Shown here: one piece after another, positions 45,629 through 55,498 of the stretch
How positions within the stretch are numbered: position 1 is the stretch's first letter
Layout: every line of letters begins with the position of its first letter
Assembly (NCBI GenBank): GCA_022841375.1
Contig: JALHRQ010000006.1
Location: 7,819-71,818, forward strand
Length of the DNA: 64,000 nucleotides
Source of the DNA: Burkholderiales bacterium
Lineage (GTDB): Bacteria > Pseudomonadota > Gammaproteobacteria > Burkholderiales > SG8-41
Reading direction: 5' to 3'
Made by a program: the position numbers and the translations under genes
The notes under the pieces: model-generated
Told to the model about the DNA's origin: nothing
Seen by the model: the letters and a program-made list of their open reading frames with translations, nothing else
The model's database searches: none

Positions 45629-48340
45629 ATGGCCTCAAACCTGCTGGATCGTCACTACCTGACCCCCCTGTTTGAACCCGCTTCGGTCGCCATCATCGGC
45701 GCCAGCAAGCGACCGGGTGCCATCGGTGCGGTGCTGATCGACAACATGCTGGCGGCGCGGTATCGAGGTGCACTGTACGCGGTCAATCCCAAACAAAGCA
45801 ATATCAAGGGTGTGCCGTGTTTTCCCGCCATCGACAAGGTTCCGCAGCGCGTGGATCTGGCGGTCATCGCCACGCCGCCGGGCATGGTGCCCGGGCTGAT
45901 CGCGCAATGTGGCGACGCCGGCGTACGCTATGTGGTGGTCATCACGGCTGGTTTTTCGGAGACCGGGGCCGCCGGCGAGCTTTTGGAGCAGCAACTGATG
46001 GAAAACGCACGACGCCATGGGGTGCGTGTGATCGGACCCAATTGTCTGGGCATCATGCGCCCCAGTCTGGGGCTTAACGCGACTTTTGCGCGAAGCAATG
46101 CGCTGCCCGGTTCGCTGGGACTGGTGGCGCAATCCGGTTCCTTGTGTACGGCGATGCTCGACTGGGCAGGGCCGCACAAGATCGGATTCTCCAGCGTCGT
46201 TTCTATGGGCGGTTCGCGGGACATTGATTTCGGTGAAATCATCGATTACCTGGTCAATGACGGGAAGACGGAACACATCCTGCTCTACATCGAAGGCGTG
46301 CGCGACGCGCGACGCTTCCTGTCCAGCCTGCGCGCGGCAGCACGCCTCAAACCGGTGATTCTGATGAAGGCCGGACGCCATCCTGTGGGCTCTCGAGCCG
46401 CGGTGTCGCACACCGGCGCCATCGTCGGCGCCGATGACGTGTTTGATGCGGCGATTCATCGCGCGGGCGCGGTGAGGGTGACCACGATCGGTCAACTGGT
46501 TGCGGCGGCGCATGCGCTGTCGTCGCATGTGCGGCCGCGGGGCGACCGCCTGGCAATCATCACCAACGGCGGCGGACCCGGCGTGATGGCGGCGGATCGT
46601 GCGGCCGATCTGGGCATCCCGCTGGCTGAATTGTCGGCGTCGACGATTACATCCCTGCAGAACGCCTTGCCTTCAAACTGGTCGCACGGTAATCCGATGG
46701 ACTTGATCGGCGATGCCGATGCCACGCGTTACCGCGCCGGCCTGAGCGCCTGCCTCGCTGATGAAAATGTCGACGGCGCGCTGGTGATGCTGACGCCGCA
46801 GGCGATGACCGAACCTTCAGCCGTCGCTGATGCCGTGGTGGAAGCGGCGCGCGGCCAGTCGAAACCGGTGCTGGCTTGCTGGATGGGCGATGCCTCGGTG
46901 ATTGAGGGGCGGAGGCGTCTGGTGAAAGCGGGTATTCCGGTGTTTCGCACGCCGGAACCCGCGGTCGACATGTTTGCGCATGTGTCGTCCTTCTACCGCA
47001 ACCAGCGCGCGCTGATGCAGACCCCCGGACCCCAGGCCCTGCGTTCCGAACCGGATATCGAAGCGGCGCGACTGATCATCGAGTCGGTGCTGAATGATCG
47101 ACGCAGCGTGCTCAACGAAATCGAATCCAAGGCGCTGCTGTCGGCGTTCCGCCTGCCGGTGGCCCGGACGGTAATCGTGCACAGCGCCAATGAAGCGATG
47201 CTGATTGCCGGTGAGCTTGGTTACCCGGTTGCGTTGAAAATCGACTCCCCGGACATCACCCACAAGACCGACGTCGAGGGTGTGCTGCTCAATTTGAACG
47301 GCGCGCAGGCGGTGCTGACCGGTTATCAGCGGATCATCGATGAGGTCGCACGCAAACAGCCGCAGGCGCGGATCACCGGCGTGGCGGTAGAGCCGATGGT
47401 GGCTCGCCGCAACGGACGCGAACTGATGGTCGGTGTAATCCGCGACCCGGTGTTCGGTCCTGCCATCGCCTTTGGCGCCGGCGGTGTGGCGGTTGAAGTG
47501 CACAAGGATCGCGCCGTTGCGTTGCCGCCGCTGAATGCCTTCCTGGTCAGCGAGATGATTCGCGGTACGCGAGTATCGAAATTGCTCGGACCGTTCCGCA
47601 AAATGCCTGCGGTCAATATGCAGGCCCTGGAAGAAGTGTTGCTGCGCGTATCCGAGATGGTGTGCGAACTGCCGTGGATCGAGGAACTCGACATCAATCC
47701 GCTGATTGTGGATGAAAATGGAGCCATCGTCTCCGATGCGCGCATCGTTGTCGGCCCGCATGCCTCGGTGCGAGGGCGTTACGGTCATATGGCCATTCAT
47801 CCCTATCCCGCGCGCCTGGTCAGTACATGGCAGACGCCGCAGGGCGAACTGGTTACGTTGCGGCCGATCCGTCCCGAAGACGCTGAATTGGAGCAGGAAT
47901 TCGTGCGCGGGCTGTCGCCGGAGAGCCGGCGCTTCCGTTTCATGGATACCCTGCGCGAACTGACGCCGACGATGCTGGTGCGCTTTACACAGATCGACTA
48001 CGACCGCGAGATGGCGTTTGTGGCGACGGTCCAGCGCGACGGCAAGGAGGTCGAGGTCGGCGTCTGCCGTTACATCACCAATCCCGATGCGGTGACCTGT
48101 GAATATGCGATTGTGGTGGCAGACGACTGGCAGCACCGCGGCCTCGGACGGCGCATGATGGCGGTGCTGATCGAAGTGGCGCGCCGTCGAGGGCTGGAAG
48201 CGATGATCGGCCATGTGATGAGCGGCAATCGCGGCATGCTGCGACTGAGCCAGGATATGGGCTTTGTGGTGTCGAACAGCAGTGACGATCCTCAGGTAAA
48301 GCGGGTGACGCTGGCGCTGCAGGGCGACCGAAACCGTTGA
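45629..48340 (+). CDS. Pat-like bifunctional protein: ADP-forming acyl-CoA synthetase-like domains plus C-terminal GNAT acetyltransferase
   Basis: N-terminus LFEPASVAIIGAS with CoA-binding and ATP-grasp regions. The C-terminal GNAT domain has WQHRGLGRRMM. The upstream 150 codons of the tracked ORF overlap thiG/thiS antisense and are excluded. Confidence 0.85.
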   Translation: MASNLLDRHYLTPLFEPASVAIIGASKRPGAIGAVLIDNMLAARYRGALYAVNPKQSNIKGVPCFPAIDKVPQRVDLAVIATPPGMVPGLIAQCGDAGVRYVVVITAGFSETGAAGELLEQQLMENARRHGVRVIGPNCLGIMRPSLGLNATFARSNALPGSLGLVAQSGSLCTAMLDWAGPHKIGFSSVVSMGGSRDIDFGEIIDYLVNDGKTEHILLYIEGVRDARRFLSSLRAAARLKPVILMKAGRHPVGSRAAVSHTGAIVGADDVFDAAIHRAGAVRVTTIGQLVAAAHALSSHVRPRGDRLAIITNGGGPGVMAADRAADLGIPLAELSASTITSLQNALPSNWSHGNPMDLIGDADATRYRAGLSACLADENVDGALVMLTPQAMTEPSAVADAVVEAARGQSKPVLACWMGDASVIEGRRRLVKAGIPVFRTPEPAVDMFAHVSSFYRNQRALMQTPGPQALRSEPDIEAARLIIESVLNDRRSVLNEIESKALLSAFRLPVARTVIVHSANEAMLIAGELGYPVALKIDSPDITHKTDVEGVLLNLNGAQAVLTGYQRIIDEVARKQPQARITGVAVEPMVARRNGRELMVGVIRDPVFGPAIAFGAGGVAVEVHKDRAVALPPLNAFLVSEMIRGTRVSKLLGPFRKMPAVNMQALEEVLLRVSEMVCELPWIEELDINPLIVDENGAIVSDARIVVGPHASVRGRYGHMAIHPYPARLVSTWQTPQGELVTLRPIRPEDAELEQEFVRGLSPESRRFRFMDTLRELTPTMLVRFTQIDYDREMAFVATVQRDGKEVEVGVCRYITNPDAVTCEYAIVVADDWQHRGLGRRMMAVLIEVARRRGLEAMIGHVMSGNRGMLRLSQDMGFVVSNSSDDPQVKRVTLALQGDRNR

Positions 48341-48385
48341 TTGCGGTCACGTTGTGGATGCCTGCAGCTGACCGGGCTGGCGGCG

Positions 48386-49204
48386 ATGTTAAACTGCCCG
48401 CAACCTTTCTGGACCGCGCTCATCTTGCAACGACACGACCTTCCCGACGCGAGGCTGCTGCAACTGACGGCTGCGGCCGTCATTGCCGTGATTCTCTGGT
48501 TTGTCATTCGCGGCCTGTTGCCGGAAGCCTGGCGCTCACCGGGCAGTCCCGAACTGTATCTGGCCGGCGTCGCCGGCGTGCTGCTGTTGCTGGTACCGGT
48601 GGCGTTTGTGATCGCCAAACGCGGTGGCAGCGGCGCCAATCCCGTGAACTGGTTCAATGCCCATGTGCTTTGTTCGTTGATCGGCATGGTGCTGATCGTG
48701 ATTCACTCCGGCGGCTTTCTGCGCCGGCCGCCGGCGCTGCTGTTGCTGGCGTTGATTGCGCTGGCCGCACTCGGTGTCTGGGCGCGGATCCGGGGTTCAC
48801 GGCGCATGGCGGCCACCTTCGCTTCCAAAGCGCCGGGGTTCACCGTGCCTGATGCGGCGACCCGCGACCGATTGCGTGTGCTGATCGCTGAAAAGCGCAC
48901 ACTGCTGCTGCAACTGGATCCGCAGGCGAACGAGGGCACGTTCTCGGTCAACCTGCCGCACTTCATGCGCAGTCCCGGGCTGGCGCTGGCCTACCGCAAG
49001 CTGGCGCGCGAGGAATCGCTGCTGCTCGGTTCCCGTGCGGCGGTTTCTGCAAAACAGGCATGGTGGCGGCCGCTGCACATGGCGCTGGCCTGGCTGTTCG
49101 TGCTGGGCGTGGTAATCCACGTGGTCACCGTGACGTTTTTTGCCGGTTATGTTGCCGATGGCGGACCGATTAACTGGTGGCACTTGCGCGCCTGGGGAGG
49201 CTAG
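48386..49204 (+). CDS. 5-TM membrane protein with two H-x13-H pairs (candidate di-heme b subunit)
   Basis: TM3 reads AHVLCSLIGMVLIVIHS and TM5 reads LHMALAWLFVLGVVIHV. Its stop lies 7 nt before the oxidoreductase start. Confidence 0.6.
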   Translation: MLNCPQPFWTALILQRHDLPDARLLQLTAAAVIAVILWFVIRGLLPEAWRSPGSPELYLAGVAGVLLLLVPVAFVIAKRGGSGANPVNWFNAHVLCSLIGMVLIVIHSGGFLRRPPALLLLALIALAALGVWARIRGSRRMAATFASKAPGFTVPDAATRDRLRVLIAEKRTLLLQLDPQANEGTFSVNLPHFMRSPGLALAYRKLAREESLLLGSRAAVSAKQAWWRPLHMALAWLFVLGVVIHVVTVTFFAGYVADGGPINWWHLRAWGG

Positions 49205-49211
49205 GACTGCG

Positions 49212-52196
49212 ATGGATACCATCAATCAAGGCCCGTCGGAACGTCTTGCACTGCTGATCGACCTCGAGCGCTGCACCGGTTGCAAGAGTTGCGAGGCGGC
49301 GTGCAAGACCGAACACCGCCTCGGCCCCGGTGAATACCGCAACAAGGTGGTGTGGGCGAGTGCGCTGGAGGAGGCGGGTCTCGCTTTCCTGACGCTGACC
49401 TGCCAGCACTGCGAACGCCCGGCCTGCCTGCGCGCCTGTCCGGTCAATCCGAAGGCGATTGCCAAGGATCCGCTGACCGGCATCGTGCGTGTCGATGAGT
49501 CGCGCTGCACCGGTTGCGGCGAATGCGTGATCGCCTGTCCGTACAGCGCGATGGGTTACGACGCCAAGGGCCACCATGCGGTGAAGTGCGATCTGTGCAC
49601 GGAGCGTCGTGCCGAAGGTGATGCGACGACCGCTTGCGCCAGCGTCTGTCCGACGCAGGCGATCCGTTTCGGCAAACGCGATGAACTGCTGGCCGATGCC
49701 CGGGCGTCCGGGCGTCTGCCGCGTGATCAGGATCATTTTCTGCTCGGACCGGCAACGATTTATCTTGAGCGCACGACGCCGCGCAATACGGCGACACCGA
49801 CGGCGATCACACCGGCGCGCGCGCACCCCGGTGAATCGCGGCGCCCTTCATTCATCGATGGATTGGCGGCACAGACTGCGGTGCAAGCGCAAACGCCGTC
49901 GTTTCCCTATGGTGAATCCCGTGCCGATACCGCGCCGGATCGTGTCGTGCCCGGCGGTTGCAACATTTGCTTCAATTGCTGCACGGTAAAATTTCACTTT
50001 AAAAACAATAAGTTAATAAAAATCACCGGCAATGAAGACGATCCGCTGTTAAAAGGCAGGGTCTGTCCGAAATCCCAGCTGACGTTGCAGATGTACCACA
50101 GCGAACACCGCCTGCTATATCCGCAAAAGCGCGTCGGCGCGCGGGGTGAGGGAAAATTTGAACGCATTTCCTGGGATCAGGCCCTGGATGAAATCGCCGA
50201 CAAGCTGAAAATCATTCGCGACCAGTACGGTGCCGAAGCGCTGGCGATGTTCATCGGTACGCGCACCGGCATTCTCGATTACCGTGCGACCACCAAGATG
50301 TTTGCGCAACTGTTCGGCACGCCGAACAAGGACGGCACCGATCCGTTCTGCGCCAGCGGCAAAAATGTCGCGTTCGAACTCACGCTGGGCAGCATCGGCA
50401 GCGGCAACAGTTACACCGAAAACGATCTGGGCTCCGCCGAACTTTACGTTTATATCGGCGACAACCAGGCGGAAACGCGGCCGGTTTATTTCGGCATGAT
50501 CAACGACTGGCGCATTAAAAACGGCGCGAAGATGGTCGCTGTCGATCCGCGCCTGACCGCCACCGCGTCAAAAGCCGACCGCTGGCTGCCGATCCGTCCC
50601 GGCACCGACATGGCGCTGGGCCTCGCGCTGGCGCAGCACATTATTGCCAACAATCTGCATGACGCGCAGTACTGCGCCGACTGGGTGCTGGGATTCGAAC
50701 AGTGGCGCGACTTCATTCTGCACAAACAGTACACGCCGGAATGGGCCGAGCAGGCCACCGGTATTGCTGCGGCGGACATCAAGCGTCTGGCGGAGGAGAT
50801 TGCTGCCGCGGACGGCTGCGTGATTTTCGCCAGCCGCGGCGTCAACCAGCACACCAACAGCACGCAGACCAATCGCGTATTGATGTTCGTATCGGCGATT
50901 ACCGGCAACTGGGGCCGGCGCGGCGGCGCGTTTTTCAACATGAGCGCAGGCACGCCGATTGCCGCCAAGGTGCCGGAACACCGGGCACCGAAAATCAACA
51001 AACAACGCGTGCGGCGCAGCCCGGCGGGCTGGACCGAGGCGATGCTGCATGGCATGCCCTACCCGATCCGCGCGCTGATCACCTGCAACAATCCGCTGGC
51101 GCAGTGGCCGGGGCAGGCCAAGGCGCGAGAGGCGTTTGCAGCACTCGACCTGATGGTGCATATCGAACTCTTTGCCAACGAAACCTCGGCCTTTGCTGAT
51201 TATTTGCTTCCGGCGGCGAGCGGTATCGAAAAAGGCGAAATCGGCCGCTCCAATGACGACCGTCGCATTGTGTGGATCGACAAGATGATTGACCCGCCGG
51301 GCGAGGCGAAGTCGGATACGTGGATCTGGATCGAACTCGGCAAGCGTTTCGGTTTTGATGATGTGCTCAAAGACAAATACAAGGATCCGGCGGTGTTCTG
51401 GGACGAGGTGTGCATCGACAGCGACGGTTTACGCGGCTGCACCCAGAAACGCCTGCATTCGGTGCCCTACCGCTGGGTGCGTCAGCCGGTGGCGACTGAA
51501 GACGCGCCGGAGATTGAAACCCTGTTCCTCGAAGGCACCACGGTGCCCAATGGGGCGCCGGGACGGCGCTTCCCGACGAAATCGGGCAAGCTCGAATTCT
51601 GGACCGATGAGCTTGAAGCCAAGTTCAACGTGCTGGGCCTGTCGGCCTTGCCCGAGTTTTATTCCGAACGTGAACAGCTGGTCGATCTTCCGTACATGGA
51701 ATTGCTTGAAACCGATGCCGAAGCCGGGGTGATTTCACCGTTCTGTTCACCGGCCACCGGCAGCGCGCGCGGCCGCATTGTTGCGCCGGGACCTGATCAT
51801 CCGGGCATCAAGTTGCGCGCGCAGGGTTTCGACACCGAACTCGTCACCGGTCGTCCACCGGCCGCGCATTTCCACAGCTGGACGCATTATTTCTGGCAGT
51901 CGCAGGAAATGTGGCCCGACCTGTATTGCCAGATTCATCCCGACAAGGCAGCGAAACTCGGCATCAACGACGGCGATCGAGTGCAAGTCGAATCCGCGCA
52001 CGGCCGCATCGAAGCCATGGCCTGGGTACACGCCGGCATCCGCCCGACCGCCGTATTCATTCCCATCGGCTGGGGCGAGCGCCAGCCCTACAATCCGTGG
52101 CGTCCGGTGAATTTTCTCACCGACAGCACGCAGCGTGATCCGGTGTCGGATCAAACCAATCTCAAGGTGCTGCTGTGCCGGGTGTCGCGCGCCTGA
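49212..52196 (+). CDS. fused four-cluster [4Fe-4S] ferredoxin domain plus bis-MGD molybdopterin oxidoreductase catalytic domain
   Basis: N-terminal Cys groups are CTGCKSCEAAC, CQHCERPACLRACP, CTGCGECVIACP and CDLC...CASVCP. The MopB domain starts at CNICFNCC...RVCPK. The C-terminus has an MGD-binding beta-barrel (RVQVESAHGRIE). There is no twin-arginine motif. Confidence 0.85.
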   Translation: MDTINQGPSERLALLIDLERCTGCKSCEAACKTEHRLGPGEYRNKVVWASALEEAGLAFLTLTCQHCERPACLRACPVNPKAIAKDPLTGIVRVDESRCTGCGECVIACPYSAMGYDAKGHHAVKCDLCTERRAEGDATTACASVCPTQAIRFGKRDELLADARASGRLPRDQDHFLLGPATIYLERTTPRNTATPTAITPARAHPGESRRPSFIDGLAAQTAVQAQTPSFPYGESRADTAPDRVVPGGCNICFNCCTVKFHFKNNKLIKITGNEDDPLLKGRVCPKSQLTLQMYHSEHRLLYPQKRVGARGEGKFERISWDQALDEIADKLKIIRDQYGAEALAMFIGTRTGILDYRATTKMFAQLFGTPNKDGTDPFCASGKNVAFELTLGSIGSGNSYTENDLGSAELYVYIGDNQAETRPVYFGMINDWRIKNGAKMVAVDPRLTATASKADRWLPIRPGTDMALGLALAQHIIANNLHDAQYCADWVLGFEQWRDFILHKQYTPEWAEQATGIAAADIKRLAEEIAAADGCVIFASRGVNQHTNSTQTNRVLMFVSAITGNWGRRGGAFFNMSAGTPIAAKVPEHRAPKINKQRVRRSPAGWTEAMLHGMPYPIRALITCNNPLAQWPGQAKAREAFAALDLMVHIELFANETSAFADYLLPAASGIEKGEIGRSNDDRRIVWIDKMIDPPGEAKSDTWIWIELGKRFGFDDVLKDKYKDPAVFWDEVCIDSDGLRGCTQKRLHSVPYRWVRQPVATEDAPEIETLFLEGTTVPNGAPGRRFPTKSGKLEFWTDELEAKFNVLGLSALPEFYSEREQLVDLPYMELLETDAEAGVISPFCSPATGSARGRIVAPGPDHPGIKLRAQGFDTELVTGRPPAAHFHSWTHYFWQSQEMWPDLYCQIHPDKAAKLGINDGDRVQVESAHGRIEAMAWVHAGIRPTAVFIPIGWGERQPYNPWRPVNFLTDSTQRDPVSDQTNLKVLLCRVSRA

Positions 52197-53560
52197 GCAG
52201 CCGCAGCAAGCCTTTGCGGAGGGCGGGCCACTGTTTAGCGATCGGTGATCTCAGGGGGCTGCGCCCATTGCGCCACGGGCTGTTGATATTCGCAATGTTG
52301 TACTGCGGCTGGGCTTTCGCGGCATTGCCCGGTGTGACCGAATTGGGCAAGACCCCCGAGACCGTCACTGACCGCGAACTCGCGGCACTGCTGGACCGGC
52401 GCGTGACCCAGGCCGATGTCGTGGCCATCGGCGAGAGCGTGCACGGTTCTGCCGGCATGCTGCACCTGCAGGCGCGGCTGATCCGCTATCTTGTGGTCTA
52501 TCACGGCATACGCCTGCTGGTTTGGGAAACAGCGGTGTTGCGCAGTCACGAATTGAGTCGCTGGGTGGCGGCTTGTGCAGACAGCCGGACACCCCCGCCG
52601 ATCGATGTGTTGTATATGCCCACCGCGGCGGACCTGCCGTTGTGGGAATGGATTTGCGACTACAACCGCGCCAATCCCGGATCGCCGTTGGTATTTCGCG
52701 GCATGGATGTCTGGGATCGGCCGTGGCTGCATTACGCACAGCTCGAGTCTGCAGCCGCTGCAGTCGCAATCGACGGCGCCGTGCTGGATGCCGTGCGTGC
52801 GAATTGCCCGGGCCATCGCGCCACGGACTGGGCGCAAATGCAGGCTGTATTGGCGCAACTGCAGCGCCCGGGGAGCGCGTTGCGCGAAGGCGGCCATGAA
52901 CGCTGCCGCAAGGCTTTGTCCGGCGTGCTCGATCATGCCCGGCAGCGGGCGCAGCAGAGCAGGACCGCGAATGCCGTTGCAGCCGATGCGGCGTTCGAAG
53001 CGGCATTGTCGGCATCCACGCTGCTGGGCTGGCTGGGTTTTCATTATTACGACGGTGTAGACGACATTCGCAGCTGGAACGAGCGTGACCACGCCCAGGG
53101 CCGCAACCTGATGCTGATCATGGCAAAGCACAGCGCGTCGCGGGCGATCCTGTCGGCGCATATCAGTCACGTCTCGCACAACCGCTCCCCAGCCGACTGG
53201 TGGGGCTACGGAGACTTCAAGTCGGGGGTCCATTTCTATCAGCAACTCAGCGGTAAAAGCGTGTTCAATATTGCGCTGACGGCGTACCAGGCCAGCGGCA
53301 CCCAGGGCGAGTGGATGCTGCCGACGGCGGCCAATTCGGTCGACAAGGCGCTGCACGACGCCGGGCACCGGCTGGCATTTTTTCACGCCGATGCTGCCTT
53401 TCTTTCCCGGCATTCGCGGTGGTGGATGCAGAACGGCAACGCAACCGGTTTCGAGAACGGGATCGAACTGGTGCCGCGCGATCATTTTGATGCATATTTT
53501 TTCATCGACGAGTCGCTGCTTGACCGGCCGTTGCCGGGCCGGCCGATCTGGCAACCTTGA
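52175..53560 (+). CDS. erythromycin esterase (Ere)-family protein with probable signal peptide
   Basis: VVAIGESVHGS...LIRYLV...LLVWE is the typical Ere N-terminal region. A hydrophobic leader ends WAFAA. The start is uncertain (GTG 52175 overlaps the previous gene by 22 nt). Confidence 0.7.
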   Translation: MPGVARLSSRSKPLRRAGHCLAIGDLRGLRPLRHGLLIFAMLYCGWAFAALPGVTELGKTPETVTDRELAALLDRRVTQADVVAIGESVHGSAGMLHLQARLIRYLVVYHGIRLLVWETAVLRSHELSRWVAACADSRTPPPIDVLYMPTAADLPLWEWICDYNRANPGSPLVFRGMDVWDRPWLHYAQLESAAAAVAIDGAVLDAVRANCPGHRATDWAQMQAVLAQLQRPGSALREGGHERCRKALSGVLDHARQRAQQSRTANAVAADAAFEAALSASTLLGWLGFHYYDGVDDIRSWNERDHAQGRNLMLIMAKHSASRAILSAHISHVSHNRSPADWWGYGDFKSGVHFYQQLSGKSVFNIALTAYQASGTQGEWMLPTAANSVDKALHDAGHRLAFFHADAAFLSRHSRWWMQNGNATGFENGIELVPRDHFDAYFFIDESLLDRPLPGRPIWQP

Positions 53561-53620
53561 GATCACAGTGGGCGCGTCCGTTCTACGCGTTATTGAAACT
53601 GCAGTAGAATCAGCAGTCTC

Positions 53621-53694
53621 GCGGGTGTAGTTCAATGGTAGAACGGCAGCTTCCCAAGCTGCATACGAGGGTTCGATTCCCTTCACCCGCTCCA
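53621..53694 (+). tRNA. tRNA-Gly (anticodon CCC)
   Basis: Cloverleaf by hand: acceptor GCGGGTG/CACCCGC, anticodon stem GCAGC/GCTGC with loop TTCCCAA, T-loop TTCGATT, and an encoded CCA. Confidence 0.93.
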
Positions 53695-53764
53695 CGCCTT
53701 GCGCTGATTTAGCGATGATCCGGCCTCCTGACTCCAGAACCGCACTCTGCACGATGATCCTGCA

Positions 53765-54838
53765 ATGAAGACGCAGCGAGATTCCGCGGTTGAAGACTTT
53801 GCACCCGCATTGATTACCTGGCAGAAACGCCATGGCCGCCATGATCTGCCGTGGCAGCAGACGCGCGACCCCTATGCGGTGTGGCTGTCGGAGATCATGC
53901 TGCAGCAGACGCAGGTCACCGCCGTCATTCCATATTACCGGCGTTTCCTCGAGCGTTTCCCGACCATCAGGGCGCTGGCCGCTGCGCCTGCCGACGACGT
54001 ACTGGCGTTGTGGAGCGGGCTGGGTTACTACTCGCGCGCGCGCAATCTGCATCGAGCGGCACAGATCATGGTTGCCGAACATAGCGGGCAATTTCCGCAG
54101 ACGCTGGATGCGGTGATGGCATTGCCGGGTATCGGCCGTTCAACGGCGGCGGCAATACTGGTGTTCGCTTTCGGCCAGCGTGGCGCGATCCTTGATGGCA
54201 ACGTCAAACGCGTGTTGTCACGCGTGCGCGGCATCGCCGGTTATCCCGGTGAATCGGCGGTGACCGCGCAACTGTGGGCAGAGGCCGAATTGCTGTTGGC
54301 TAAAACCGGGCTGCGCGCCTACACCCAGGGCCTGATGGATCTCGGCGCCACGGTGTGCGCGCGCCGCAATCCGCGGTGTGCGGAATGTCCGGTACAGAAG
54401 CTTTGTGTTGCGTACAAATCAGGTCGTACCGCAGAGTTGCCGATGCCAAAGCCGCGCAAGGTGCTGCCGCAGCGGCGGACGCAGATGCTGATACTGCAAC
54501 GCGCCGGCGAGGTGATGCTGGAAAAACGGCCGTCATCCGGTATCTGGGGCGGCTTGTGGTGTTTTCCCGAGACCGATGCCGATGCCGATGCCGCTGCTGT
54601 CTGTGCGCAGCGTTATAGCGCAACGGTGGAACTGCGCGAGACGTTGCCGGTGATTGCACACGGCTTTACTCATTACCACCTCGATATCCTGCCGCAGCCG
54701 GCGCTGGTCAAGTCGTGGCCGTTGCGCGCGGCCGAGCCCGGGCTGATCTGGCTGTCGATTGAAGAGGCGGGTGAGGCGGCGATTCCGACACCGGTGCGCA
54801 GCATCCTGGCGCAGTTGGCGCGTTCGCGAGGAAGTTGA
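53765..54838 (+). CDS. mutY: A/G-specific adenine DNA glycosylase
   Basis: LPWQQTRDPYAVWLSEIMLQQTQV, the HhH-GPD motif LPGIGRSTAAAI, and the 4Fe-4S loop CARRNPRCAECP. Confidence 0.93.
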   Translation: MKTQRDSAVEDFAPALITWQKRHGRHDLPWQQTRDPYAVWLSEIMLQQTQVTAVIPYYRRFLERFPTIRALAAAPADDVLALWSGLGYYSRARNLHRAAQIMVAEHSGQFPQTLDAVMALPGIGRSTAAAILVFAFGQRGAILDGNVKRVLSRVRGIAGYPGESAVTAQLWAEAELLLAKTGLRAYTQGLMDLGATVCARRNPRCAECPVQKLCVAYKSGRTAELPMPKPRKVLPQRRTQMLILQRAGEVMLEKRPSSGIWGGLWCFPETDADADAAAVCAQRYSATVELRETLPVIAHGFTHYHLDILPQPALVKSWPLRAAEPGLIWLSIEEAGEAAIPTPVRSILAQLARSRGS

Positions 54839-54892
54839 CGTTCGGTGTGCTCAGCGCGGGCTTGCTTTTGGAGTGAGCGCCAGATTTATTAA

Positions 54893-55498
54893 CTATTTGT
54901 TTTTATTGATTTTTTCTATGATGCCGTGAGCCAGCAGTAATTCGCGCAACTTGGCCATCCGCGCATCGGTGTCGGTCATTTCCAAAAGCGCCTGTTTTTC
55001 CTGCGACGTGATCGGCAGGATTTCGGCCAGCCGGTAACTGACCCACACCGGATTCTCGAGTTGTATCGGCCCGGGCACGCTGTCAGCGCCGGCGCGTTTG
55101 ATCGCCAGCCGCAGCACTTCCTCGCAGGCCTGGTCCATTTCGGCGTTCGTCGTCGGCTCGGGCAGCATTTCGATCTTGCCGATGATCAGTCCGCTGCTGT
55201 TGACGCTTGTGTCGAGGATGCGAAAGCGTGCGCCGCCCCGCGCCAGCAGCGCGAACAGATTGGGATGCGGCACATCCCATTGCTCAATGGTTGCGAGGCA
55301 GCCGGTGGACTGCGGCGTTGCGGGCTGACCGATTTCCTGGCCTTCACGGATCAGGCAGACGCCGAAAGGCGTGTCGTCGCGCAGGCAGGCCTTGGTCATG
55401 TCGACATAACGTTGTTCGAACACTTTAAGCGGCAGCAGTCCGCCCGGGAACAATACGGTGCCCAGCGGGAACAGCGGTACTTCGAGCGCGGCGCTCAT
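54893..55498 (-). CDS. LON N-terminal (substrate-binding, PUA-like) domain protein
   Basis: PLFPLGTVLFPGGLLPLKVFEQRY motif. ATGA overlap with the rapZ stop. Confidence 0.8.
   Translation of the reverse strand: MSAALEVPLFPLGTVLFPGGLLPLKVFEQRYVDMTKACLRDDTPFGVCLIREGQEIGQPATPQSTGCLATIEQWDVPHPNLFALLARGGARFRILDTSVNSSGLIIGKIEMLPEPTTNAEMDQACEEVLRLAIKRAGADSVPGPIQLENPVWVSYRLAEILPITSQEKQALLEMTDTDARMAKLRELLLAHGIIEKINKNK

Noticed and set aside
52235-54091. 618-aa minus-strand ORF
   Set aside because: It runs antisense through the Ere-family gene, straight across tRNA-Gly and into mutY. This is a typical GC-rich shadow ORF with no recognisable motifs.
54575-54592. Tandem hexanucleotide (GATGCC)x3 inside mutY
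   Set aside because: It is in frame and encodes DADADA in a linker region. It is too short to count as a meaningful repeat or phase-variation tract.
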